Assembly: GCA_964433645.1 (NCBI GenBank)
Contig: CAYSSK010000004.1
Coordinates: 2,989 to 66,988, forward strand
Length of the DNA stretch: 64,000 nucleotides
Direction of reading: 5' to 3'
Source of the DNA: an uncultured Desulfofustis sp.
GTDB lineage: Bacteria; Desulfobacterota; Desulfobulbia; Desulfobulbales; Desulfocapsaceae
The notes under the pieces are model-generated. The model saw only the letters and a program-made list of their open reading frames with translations, searched no databases and was not told the DNA's origin. How positions within the stretch are numbered: the stretch's first letter is position 1; each line of letters starts with the position of its first letter. The position numbers and the translations under genes are program-made. Shown one piece after another: positions 47,745 through 55,814 of the stretch.

Positions 47745-48975
47745 GGCGCCCGGCCTGCCGATCGACCGCAGCCGCAAAGATCACGCATCATCTTGGAATT
47801 TCAAAGAAAAGATATTGCTCGGGCTGTCGGTCCGCGATTATCTGGCCCAGATGGTGCGCAATCCTGTCAACTGGGTCCTGGTCGCCATCCTGTTGCTCGG
47901 CATCCCGCTGCTCGGTCAGCGCTACCTGTTCGGCCTGGCCAGCGTCACCCACGGTTCGCAGGATTATCCCTGGGGGCTGCTCCTCGGTTTCGGCCTGTTC
48001 GCCATGGTACCGCTGTCGGCGTCCGGGTTTTTGCTGAGCACCGCCGTGGAAATCTTCCACCGTAAGGACTTCCTGCCGATCGAACGGCTGGCCCTGCTCA
48101 ACGGCCTGCTCGGCTACTTCTTCGCCGTCGTCTACCTGCTCGTCGATCTCGGGATGCCGTGGCGGCTGACTTACCCGATGATCGTCTCCTTCGGCCCGGC
48201 CGCCGTGCTCTTCCTCGTCGCTTGGCACGTGGCCACCTATCTCTCCGTCCAGATCGCCGAAATGGTGCCGGCCTTTGCCGAATGGGCCGACTGGCCGGCG
48301 GCCAAACGCTGGATCAAGAGCATCGCCCTGGGGCTGACCATCGCCGGCATCATCCTGTCCACGCTGCACCAAGGTGCGCTCGGGGCGCTGTTCTGCTACG
48401 CCCCGGCAAAAATTCACCCGCTCTGGATCTCGCCCGAATTCCAATGGCTGCATTTTTTCTGCTCGTCCATCTTCGCCGGGCTCTGCATGGTCATCATCGT
48501 CTCGACCCTGCTCAAACATTTCATGACCTGGCGCTGTGACGCCCGCTTTCTCGAGAACCTCGACCGGATCACCATCGGCCTGGCCAAAGGCTCCGCCTAT
48601 GCAATGATCACCTATCTGGTGATCAAACTTGTCGCGATTGCCCACGACCAGGAATGGCAATACCTGATCACCGGCTGGGGAGTCTACTATCTCCTTGAGT
48701 TGGGAATCGGCGTTGTGCTGCCGATGGTGCTGTTCGCCCGCGGCGTCCGCAACCACAATGTGGCGATCCTGCGTTTCGGAGCGGCCATTGCCGTTCTCGG
48801 CATCATCTGGAACCGGCTCAACACCGTTCTGGTCGCCTACAACTGGCGCCAGTACCAGGAACTGCCGACCTGGCAGGAAACCTGGATCGTCTTCACCGTG
48901 CTGGCCTTCTATTTCATCATCTATCGCTTCATCCTCTATCGGTTGCCGGTCGTCTTCAGCTGGAAACAGGTCTGA
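47725..48975 (+). CDS. NrfD/PsrC-family quinone-interacting integral membrane subunit
   Basis: About 416 aa with about 10 TM segments. Its position directly after the FeS subunit (short overlap) is typical of NrfCD/HmcBC/Cbc-type modules. Confidence 0.8.
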   Translation: MKALVNEAPGLPIDRSRKDHASSWNFKEKILLGLSVRDYLAQMVRNPVNWVLVAILLLGIPLLGQRYLFGLASVTHGSQDYPWGLLLGFGLFAMVPLSASGFLLSTAVEIFHRKDFLPIERLALLNGLLGYFFAVVYLLVDLGMPWRLTYPMIVSFGPAAVLFLVAWHVATYLSVQIAEMVPAFAEWADWPAAKRWIKSIALGLTIAGIILSTLHQGALGALFCYAPAKIHPLWISPEFQWLHFFCSSIFAGLCMVIIVSTLLKHFMTWRCDARFLENLDRITIGLAKGSAYAMITYLVIKLVAIAHDQEWQYLITGWGVYYLLELGIGVVLPMVLFARGVRNHNVAILRFGAAIAVLGIIWNRLNTVLVAYNWRQYQELPTWQETWIVFTVLAFYFIIYRFILYRLPVVFSWKQV

Positions 48976-48983
48976 TCGAGCAC

Positions 48984-49020
48984 GCCGGAACCGTAAGACC
49001 TTCGGTTCCGGCGTTTTTTT
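48984..49020 (+). terminator. Rho-independent terminator
   Basis: GCCGGAACCG-(9 nt)-CGGTTCCGGC forms a 10-bp G+C-rich stem, followed by G and T7. It begins 9 nt after the NrfD-like stop. Confidence 0.75.
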
Positions 49021-49045
49021 GCCTTCGTCTATCCAGAACAATACC

Positions 49046-49102
49046 CGACAATTGTGTGGCAGCGGCGCGACACATTGGCCGCCTGACGCCACAGGTCTGT
49101 AG
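49046..49102. promoter_or_regulatory. Two near-perfect copies of the CCACA-N4-TGTGG palindrome (CGACA-ATTG-TGTGG; CCACA-GGTC-TGTAG), a candidate UAS
   Basis: Sites at 49046-49059 and 49089-49102, each matching 9 of 10 motif positions. Their centres are 43 bp apart and lie about 120-165 bp upstream of the -24/-12 element at 49216. Confidence 0.5.
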
Positions 49103-49215
49103 TACTGCGCGACAGCCGCCCCGCCCCATCTTCGGAGACGCTTGCTCAAAGAGAGTTTTTACCCACAATTACAAATAGATACAAACGAACAAACAATGCG
49201 CGCAAAGTCGTTTCC

Positions 49216-49231
49216 TGGCATTATTGGTGCA
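49216..49231 (+). promoter_or_regulatory. Candidate sigma54 -24/-12 promoter (TGGCAT-tattg-GTGCA)
   Basis: It matches TGGCAC-N5-TTGCA in 9 of 11 conserved positions, with GG and GC correctly spaced. It lies 53 nt upstream of ATG 49284. A sigma54 activator gene lies 6 kb upstream. Confidence 0.55.
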
Positions 49232-49283
49232 ATACCAAGAGCAAAGAAGCCAACCATCCACAACCCGCTTACAGGAGGATGCC

Positions 49284-49481
49284 ATGAAAACGATCGTCAC
49301 CACCAACAGCCGGACCGAAACCGATCTGCAGCACGAAGTATCGGGTTTTCTGTTCACCGTGGTCTCGGCCTCGGCCCTGATCATCGGAATCTGGGGAGCT
49401 GCCTGCCTGGTCGCCGGGCTGGTCAGCGGCGGCTTCATGTCTCTGGTCAAAGGATATGTGACCGCCCTCACCGGAATGTAA
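49284..49481 (+). CDS. Small membrane protein (65 aa), paralogue A
   Basis: AGGAGG lies 7 nt upstream of the ATG. It has one strong TM segment (FLFTVVSASALIIGIWGAACLVAGLVSGG) and a conserved tail SLVKGYVTALTGM, shared with the next ORF. Confidence 0.55.
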   Translation: MKTIVTTNSRTETDLQHEVSGFLFTVVSASALIIGIWGAACLVAGLVSGGFMSLVKGYVTALTGM

Positions 49482-49511
49482 CACATTCCCTCATCACTGG
49501 AGGAATAACAG

Positions 49512-49811
49512 ATGAAAACCAGTCCCTCTCGAGTCATGCTCAGCATATCGCTGGGCTTCGGCAGCCTGGTCGGCCTCTGGGCGCTTGCCGCCCTGATCGG
49601 TGGTCTGCGCCAGACCGGCTGGCAGGTGAGCGAACTCCTGCGGCAATACATGGTGGCCACCGGCATGATCCAGCCGTTTCACACCCTGGTCGATTTTTAC
49701 AGCCACATCAAAGGGGTCGAATACCTGATCTGTGTCGCTTTCTTCGTCGCCTTTCCACTTTTTTTCCGCTATGTCAACGAAGAACGCAAAGAGGTACGCA
49801 CGGAGAAATGA
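49512..49811 (+). CDS. Small membrane protein (99 aa), paralogue B with extra C-terminal TM
   Basis: GGAGGA lies upstream. GSLVGLWALAALIGGLRQTG...SELLRQYMVATGM aligns with paralogue A. A second TM segment follows (YLICVAFFVAFPLFF). The 3' end overlaps the convergent HAD gene by about 43 nt. Confidence 0.55.
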   Translation: MKTSPSRVMLSISLGFGSLVGLWALAALIGGLRQTGWQVSELLRQYMVATGMIQPFHTLVDFYSHIKGVEYLICVAFFVAFPLFFRYVNEERKEVRTEK

Positions 49812-50458
49812 TCGCCGTCCAGCAGGGCCGCCTCGACCTGGTCGATCCGCGTGATCACCAGGTCGGCCGCGCTGAAATCATGTCCCTTCGACCAGGCACT
49901 CGGCACGGCAACCACCTGCAACCCGGCACTTTTGGCCGCCCGCACCCCTGATTCGGAATCCTCGAAGGCCAGGCACCGGCCCGGCGGCAGGCCGAGCATC
50001 CGGCAGGCCTGCTGATATATATCCGGGGCCGGCTTTTTCCTGGCAACCATATCACCGCCCACCACCACCTCGAAATGGTGGTCCAGCGCATGCACCTGCA
50101 GGATCTTCCGCAACTCGAGCAGGTGCGATGAAGACGCCACCGCCAGGCGGCAGCGCTCACCGAAACGCTGCAAGACCGTCCGCACCCCCGGCAACAGCGT
50201 GAGGTGCGGAATCATTTCCAGATAGCGCCTCTGCTTGCGATGCACCAGTTCGTCCACATCGATGTTCAGCGATGCCGCGGCAATAAAATCTTCGGCCACC
50301 TTTTCATTGCTGGTACCGACGTAGGCGAGAAACTGCTCCCAGGAAAACGACGGGACACCGTGGTCGGCCAGGGTCTGCCGCCAGGCCTGGTGATGGAGCG
50401 GCTCCGAATCGACCAGCGTGCCGTCCATGTCAAAAATCACTGCCTCGATCATCCCCAT
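49769..50458 (-). CDS. HAD-superfamily hydrolase (beta-phosphoglucomutase/phosphatase-like, subfamily IA)
   Basis: Motif I is VIFDMDGTLVDSE, motif II is VASSS, and motif III/IV is K...FEDSESGVRAAKSAG. Confidence 0.85.
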   Translation of the reverse strand: MGMIEAVIFDMDGTLVDSEPLHHQAWRQTLADHGVPSFSWEQFLAYVGTSNEKVAEDFIAAASLNIDVDELVHRKQRRYLEMIPHLTLLPGVRTVLQRFGERCRLAVASSSHLLELRKILQVHALDHHFEVVVGGDMVARKKPAPDIYQQACRMLGLPPGRCLAFEDSESGVRAAKSAGLQVVAVPSAWSKGHDFSAADLVITRIDQVEAALLDGDHFSVRTSLRSSLT

Positions 50459-50745
50459 TCCTCCTGCTCGTGTAGTTATCTCGGGTCAGCTTTATACCGA
50501 TAAGACAGGTGCCGAAAATCTCAAGCGAACGCCGCACCGCAACGGGCAATCGTCGCTGATCCCCCCCCTGCCTTTGATTGCTGTTGACAGCCGTTTATCA
50601 AACCAATTATTGTTGCGTTTCATTATCCCTTAAGACCGTCTTGAAACATGGCAACCTCCATTTACCATCAAGGCGAACGCAAACACGGTGCCGCTCACCC
50701 GAGGTTACCAGGCGGCCCAAACACGTATCGGCAATGAGGAAGCAC

Positions 50746-51945
50746 ATGTGGAAATCAGTAGCGGCCGCCCCGGCGGACTCGATCCTCGGACTCACCGAGG
50801 CCTTTAGAAACGACAGCAATCCCGACAAGGTCAATCTCGGCGTCGGCGTCTACAAGGATGATACCGGCACGACACCGATCCTGAATTGTGTCAAGGATGC
50901 CGAACGCATCCTGCTCGGCGTTGAAAACAGCAAGAGCTACCTGCCGATTTCCGGTGACCCTGAATACGGCCACCAGGTGCAGCGATTGATTTTCGGTGAA
51001 GAAGCCGAGGTCATCGGCAGCGATCGGGCCGCGACCGCTCACTCGCCGGGCGGTACCGGTGCCCTGCGGATCGGCGGCGAGTTGATCAAACGGTTCCGGC
51101 CACAGGCAACGACCTGGCTCAGTTCACCGACCTGGGCCAATCACCAGGGAATTTTCAGCGCCGCCGGCTTTCCGATCCGCCAATACCCTTATTATAACGC
51201 CGAAACCAAGGGGCTGCGCTTCGACGAACTGCTGTCGACACTGCGCACCATCCCGGCCGGTGACGTCGTGCTGCTGCACGCCTGCTGCCACAACCCGAGC
51301 GGCGTCGACCCCGATGGCGACCAGTGGCGAGAAATTGCCGCAATCGCAGCGGAGCGGGGCTGGTTGCCGTTTCTCGATTTCGCCTACCAGGGGCTCGGCA
51401 GCACCATCGAGGAGGACCGCAGAGCGGTGACCGAATTCGCCGCTCGGGGCATCGATTTCTTCGTGGCCAGTTCCTTTTCCAAGAACTTTGGCCTCTACAG
51501 CGAGCGGGCCGGTGCGATAACCGTGATCTCCCCGAGCAGCCAGGAAAAGAACGTGGCGCTCAGTCACCTGAAATCGACGGTGCGGGTCTGTTACTCCAAC
51601 CCGCCGGCGCACGGCGGCCTGATCGTCAAGACCATCCTTTCCGAACCGACGATGGCAGCCGCCTGGCGACAGGAACTGGCCGAGATGTGCGGCCGCATCG
51701 TCGCGATGCGCCGCGCGCTGGTCAACGGACTGGCCGCGCGCGGCATCTCCCGGGATTTTTCTTACATTACGAGGCAGCGGGGAATGTTCTCGTTCAGCGG
51801 CCTGACCGATGAAACCGTGGCCTGGCTCAGAGACAACAAGGCCATCTACGTGGTCGGCGGCGGCCGCATCAACGTCGCCGGCCTGACGAGCGCCAATATC
51901 GACTATGTCTGTGACTCCATTGCCGAAGCACTGCGTATCGGCTAG
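50746..51945 (+). CDS. Aspartate/aromatic amino acid aminotransferase (class I, subgroup Ia)
   Basis: AAPADSILGLTEAFRNDSNPDKVNLGVGVYKDD, HACCHNPSG, and the PLP-Lys motif SSFSKNFGLYSERAG. The start is placed at MWKS by analogy with AspC/TyrB N-termini, and AGGAAG lies upstream. Confidence 0.9.
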   Translation: MWKSVAAAPADSILGLTEAFRNDSNPDKVNLGVGVYKDDTGTTPILNCVKDAERILLGVENSKSYLPISGDPEYGHQVQRLIFGEEAEVIGSDRAATAHSPGGTGALRIGGELIKRFRPQATTWLSSPTWANHQGIFSAAGFPIRQYPYYNAETKGLRFDELLSTLRTIPAGDVVLLHACCHNPSGVDPDGDQWREIAAIAAERGWLPFLDFAYQGLGSTIEEDRRAVTEFAARGIDFFVASSFSKNFGLYSERAGAITVISPSSQEKNVALSHLKSTVRVCYSNPPAHGGLIVKTILSEPTMAAAWRQELAEMCGRIVAMRRALVNGLAARGISRDFSYITRQRGMFSFSGLTDETVAWLRDNKAIYVVGGGRINVAGLTSANIDYVCDSIAEALRIG

Positions 51946-51986
51946 CGGGGACAGATTGAAACCAGCCCGCGAACAACGCCTGCCCG

Positions 51987-52008
51987 GGGACAGGTTTTAA
52001 CCTGTCCC
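51987..52008. repeat. 22-bp perfect palindrome GGGACAGGTTTTAACCTGTCCC (copy 2)
   Basis: Identical to 43210-43231. It lies between the convergent aminotransferase and rubredoxin-fusion genes. Confidence 0.7.
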
Positions 52009-52023
52009 GCCGTTGGCTGGGGT

Positions 52024-52644
52024 TTAATCCTTAAAGACCAGTTTGCCGCCCATGTGGCCGGCCAGACCGGCGGCGGCGACCATCACCACGCCGAGCAGCA
52101 GATAGATCCAGCGGCCCGGTGAAGCGAGCACCTGCGGATCGACCAGACGCCAGACGACCATCGCGATCAGCGTCGCGCTGACGATGGCCGAAGCACCGAT
52201 CTTGGTCGCGAAGATTTTGGTCATCACCTTCTTGTAGCGATTCTTCCATTCCAGATAACCGGTGATCAATACCACCGGCATGATCAGCAGCACGAAAACC
52301 AGGTTGTAGAAGGCCGCCTGCTCAAACCCGGCCACACTGAACACCAGGGCGATAACGAGAAACACCAAAGCCAGCGGCAATACGCCGTTGGGGGTATGGA
52401 CGGATATCGGGTGCAGGTGGTATGTAAGCACCAGGCCGACGATGCCGCTTGGCGAAGGCTGTCCGCCGCTCGTTCCGGCCGGCTCGGTTGCCGCCTGCGG
52501 GGCCGGGGATTCGCTTGGTGCCGGCTCGGGCTCATCAACGATTTCCTTGAAATATTCGGCGCCCGCACCACAGACCGGACAGGTCTCCGGCGGTGCATCC
52601 CCCTCGTGAATATAGCCGCAGACCGTACATTCCCATTTTTTCAT
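52024..52644 (-). CDS. Rubredoxin-type domain fused to a DUF2231-like membrane domain
   Basis: The start [32 protein letters not shown] carries two CxxC knuckles. A Pro/Ser/Ala linker is followed by 4 TM segments with the HP.SVH.P motif ([12 protein letters not shown]). Confidence 0.75.
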   Translation of the reverse strand: MKKWECTVCGYIHEGDAPPETCPVCGAGAEYFKEIVDEPEPAPSESPAPQAATEPAGTSGGQPSPSGIVGLVLTYHLHPISVHTPNGVLPLALVFLVIALVFSVAGFEQAAFYNLVFVLLIMPVVLITGYLEWKNRYKKVMTKIFATKIGASAIVSATLIAMVVWRLVDPQVLASPGRWIYLLLGVVMVAAAGLAGHMGGKLVFKD

Positions 52645-52833
52645 GCGCGTGTCCTCCCTGATTATCCCTGTCACACCGGTTTAACCCGGCTTCACTATCC
52701 TACAAATATCCGGAAATGCAGTTATTCTACCATACCAACGGTCGTTCTGCCAGCAGCGAATCGATACCGGCAGCTCACGACAAACCAGGCCACCCGTCAA
52801 AATCCTCGATCGAGACAGGCAACCGGCAAACCA

Positions 52834-54810
52834 CTACCCGTCCACGGCCAATTCCCGGTCGATCTCGTCGATCCGGGCCTGGGCCTCCTCCCAGCGCAAC
52901 AGCCAGCGATCGAGGCGGCGCGTGCTCTCCTCGTAGTCGGCGCTGACACCACTCCATCGCTTTTGATCCTGGTAGATATCCGGATCGGCCAGGATCTTTT
53001 CCAACTGTTCCTTCTCCCGCTCCAGTTTGTCGACCTGCCGCTCGGCTTCGCTCAGCTTTTTGAGCCAGGGGCCGGCCAGGTCCTGCCGCCGCCGACGACG
53101 TTCGGCATCCCGGCGACGTCGCTCCTTTCTGCTGTCCCCGGAGGCCTCGACCGACGGCGCCGCCGTTTCTTCCTTTTTTTCCCGCTCCGCCTGCCGCTGC
53201 TCGAGCAGCTGCTGATGAGCAAGAAAATCGGCGATATTGCCTTCATGAACGGTCACCGTGCCGTCTTTGACTTCGAGCACCTTGTTCACGAAACAATCAA
53301 GAAAATAGCGGTTATGCGAGACGACGACGATGGTCCCGTCATATTGCCGCATCGCTTCCTGGAGCACCTCCTGGGAACTCATGTCCAGGTGGTTGGTCGG
53401 CTCGTCGAGGAGCATGCAATTGGCCGGGATGGCAATCATCCGGGCCAGGGCCAGGCGGCTTTTTTCGCCGCCGGACAGCACCGAAACCTTCTTGTCGACA
53501 TCCTCGCCCCGAAAGAGAAAGGCGCCGAGCAAGGAGCGCATCCGGGTGGCAGTCAGTTCCTCGGCGGCATGGGACAGGGTCTCCAGCACCGTGTAATCCG
53601 TCGGCAGCTCCTGGGCCTGGTGCTGGCCGAAATAGGTGAGCTGGACCCCGGAACCGAGCCGGCAACGGCCGCTGTCGGCCGGCAGTTGACCGGCCAGGAT
53701 GCGCAGCAGGGTCGACTTACCGGCGCCGTTGACCCCCACCACGGCGACCTTGTCGCCGCGCTGCAGCAACAGATTGACCCCGGTGAAGACCGGCGTGCCA
53801 TGATAGCTTTTGCCGACATCCTCGACCATCAGCACGTCCCTGCCCGAATGCGGCGCCGACGGGAAGGAAAAGCGGATCTGCTGTTCGTCTTCGGCAAGCT
53901 CGATCATCTCCATCCTGTCCAGCTGCTTGAGCTTGCTCTGAGCCTGGCGGGCCTTGGTGGCCTTGGCCTTGAACCGCTCGACGAAACGCATGGTCTGACG
54001 GATCTGCGCCTGCTGGTTGCTGTAGGCCGCCTTTTCGATGCGGCGCCGTTCTTCCTTTTCCCGAACGTAATACGAGTAATTGCCCTTGTAGACGGTCAAT
54101 CGGCCCAGGCTCAGCTCCCAGGTCTGCCGGGTGGTCCGGTCGAGAAAGGCCCGGTCGTGGGAAATAATCACCAGCGCCCCGTCATACGACTGCAAAAAGG
54201 ATTCAAGCCAAGTCAGCGAGTCGAGATCGAGATGGTTGGTCGGTTCATCGAGCAACAGCAAGGAGGGAGCAGCCAGCAGCATCCGGGCGAGCAGCAGCCG
54301 CATCACCCAGCCGCCGGAGAACGAGGCCACTGGTCGCGCCAGATCTTCATCACGAAAACCGAGGCCGTGCAGCACTTTTTCGATCCGGGTCCGGATCGTG
54401 TAGACATCATGCTCCTCGAGCCGATGCTGCACTTCGCCCTGTCGCTCCAGAATCTGCTCAAACTCCTCGCTGTCCGGCGCGGCGCTGGCGAGTCGGAGGT
54501 TCAGCTCTTCGAGTTCGCGCTGCAGGTGGAGCACGGTGGCAAACGAGGTCTCCGCCTCCCGGTAGACCGTCCGAGTCGAGTTGATCACTCCGGGTTCCTG
54601 CGGCAGATAACCCACCGAAAAGAGGCGGGCACAGGTGACAACTCCGTCATCGGTGGCGGTCTCGCCGGCCATGATCTTCATCAAGGTGGTCTTGCCGGTA
54701 CCGTTGACCCCGACCAGACCGATGCGATCGTCGGGGTAGACCACGGCGGAGAGGTCTTTGAACAGGTGTTTGTTGCCGTAGCGGATATCGAGATGATTAA
54801 CGGATAGCAT
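52834..54810 (-). CDS. ABC-F family ATPase (Uup/YbiT-like, no TM domain)
   Basis: Two ABC cassettes (GVNGTGKTT / LSGGWVMRLLLARML; GVNGAGKST / LSGGEKSRLALARMI) and a C-terminal Arg/Glu-rich coiled coil. Confidence 0.9.
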   Translation of the reverse strand: MLSVNHLDIRYGNKHLFKDLSAVVYPDDRIGLVGVNGTGKTTLMKIMAGETATDDGVVTCARLFSVGYLPQEPGVINSTRTVYREAETSFATVLHLQRELEELNLRLASAAPDSEEFEQILERQGEVQHRLEEHDVYTIRTRIEKVLHGLGFRDEDLARPVASFSGGWVMRLLLARMLLAAPSLLLLDEPTNHLDLDSLTWLESFLQSYDGALVIISHDRAFLDRTTRQTWELSLGRLTVYKGNYSYYVREKEERRRIEKAAYSNQQAQIRQTMRFVERFKAKATKARQAQSKLKQLDRMEMIELAEDEQQIRFSFPSAPHSGRDVLMVEDVGKSYHGTPVFTGVNLLLQRGDKVAVVGVNGAGKSTLLRILAGQLPADSGRCRLGSGVQLTYFGQHQAQELPTDYTVLETLSHAAEELTATRMRSLLGAFLFRGEDVDKKVSVLSGGEKSRLALARMIAIPANCMLLDEPTNHLDMSSQEVLQEAMRQYDGTIVVVSHNRYFLDCFVNKVLEVKDGTVTVHEGNIADFLAHQQLLEQRQAEREKKEETAAPSVEASGDSRKERRRRDAERRRRRQDLAGPWLKKLSEAERQVDKLEREKEQLEKILADPDIYQDQKRWSGVSADYEESTRRLDRWLLRWEEAQARIDEIDRELAVDG

Positions 54811-55810
54811 GAAGATAAGACCCGCGCACCAGCGCCCCGTCGAGCCTGACCGACAGAGCGGCCGACTCGGGCAGGGCGCCGAGGCGCTTGAGATTAATTT
54901 TGCCGGAACCGATAAAGGCCGAATGGTCCCGGGGGGAAAGCGTCAGCTCCACCGTCCGGCCCGGCCCGGCGGAACGCAGCATCCGCCGCGCCATGAGATA
55001 CCAGCCGCGACTCGCCACCAACTCGCCAAACGCCGGATGATACGGACCGGCGAGCAGCCGGGACTGCAGCTCGGGTGACGACTGCAGTCCCATGCGGATC
55101 ACGGAGATCCCCTCCGCCGTCAGCAGCTGATGGGCCCGGCCGGTCAACGCGACCGCCCGGGCCAGACCGAGCGGCTGCCAACGCCTTCGCCGGTACAGCT
55201 CCGCCAACCCGGTGCCGGCCAGCACCAGGGTCGGATAGAGCCGGACGAAGGCCGGCTGCAGCTCTATCACCCGGCGTACGCCGGCCAGAAACGAGGCGGT
55301 GGTCTCGCCGGGCAGCCCGACCATCAATTGCAGGCCGACGTCGCACCCCCGACGGGCCAGCACCCCGACCGCCCGTTCGGTCGCGGCACCATCATGGCCG
55401 CGCTCCACTCGCTCCAGCACCGCATCACTCATCGACTGGGCGCCGAGTTCCACGGTGCGAACACCGTAGGCACGTAAAAAATCGACGATCGCCTCGTCGA
55501 TGCAATCCGGCCTCGTGGAGACCCGCAGGGAATCGATTTCCCCCCGGCGCAGATAGGGCTGCGCCGCGTCGAGCAGGACCCGGCGCTGATCTTCCTCAAG
55601 GCAGGTAAACGAACCGCCGAAAAAGGCGAGCTGCACGACCCGGCGCCGCCGCCGGTAGCCGAGCCAGCTGTCGATGGTCCGGCGGAGCCGGCCGGCCTGA
55701 TCCGGGCTGGCCGACATGTCCCGGTCCCGGCCGGCAATCGCCCATTGATCGCAGAACAGGCAGCGGTGGGGACAACCCCGATGCTGGATGAAAAACGGGA
55801 TGATCAGCAT
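54797..55810 (-). CDS. Radical SAM protein (ELP3-like radical SAM domain, no GNAT)
   Basis: The N-terminal IPFFIQHRGCPHRCLFCDQ carries CxxxxCxxC, followed by a TIM-barrel-type core. 337 aa. Confidence 0.75.
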   Translation of the reverse strand: MLIIPFFIQHRGCPHRCLFCDQWAIAGRDRDMSASPDQAGRLRRTIDSWLGYRRRRRVVQLAFFGGSFTCLEEDQRRVLLDAAQPYLRRGEIDSLRVSTRPDCIDEAIVDFLRAYGVRTVELGAQSMSDAVLERVERGHDGAATERAVGVLARRGCDVGLQLMVGLPGETTASFLAGVRRVIELQPAFVRLYPTLVLAGTGLAELYRRRRWQPLGLARAVALTGRAHQLLTAEGISVIRMGLQSSPELQSRLLAGPYHPAFGELVASRGWYLMARRMLRSAGPGRTVELTLSPRDHSAFIGSGKINLKRLGALPESAALSVRLDGALVRGSYLHAIR

Positions 55811-55814
55811 CCGC

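Noticed and set aside
47788-49149. 453-aa ORF on the minus strand. The same reasoning applies to 38865-40250, 35845-37155, 33480-34961, 23937-24944, 25781-26803, 41973-42902 and 46836-47777.
   Set aside because: Each is a mirror frame of a gene with unambiguous motifs on the other strand (NrfD-like, kinase, iorA, paaK, glyA, rph, activator, FeS protein). None has recognisable domains.
50583-50745. Possible T-box or other leader upstream of the aminotransferase (TTGACA at 50583; 7-bp inverted repeat TTGCGTT...AACGCAA).
   Set aside because: No T-box consensus (AATTAGGGTGGTACCGCG-like) or specifier-loop architecture is recognisable. The evidence amounts to one short inverted repeat.
52396-54807. 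803-aa ORF on the plus strand.
   Set aside because: It is antisense to the clearly real ABC-F ATPase gene (two Walker A motifs and two signature motifs on the minus strand). The composition is typical of a shadow ORF.
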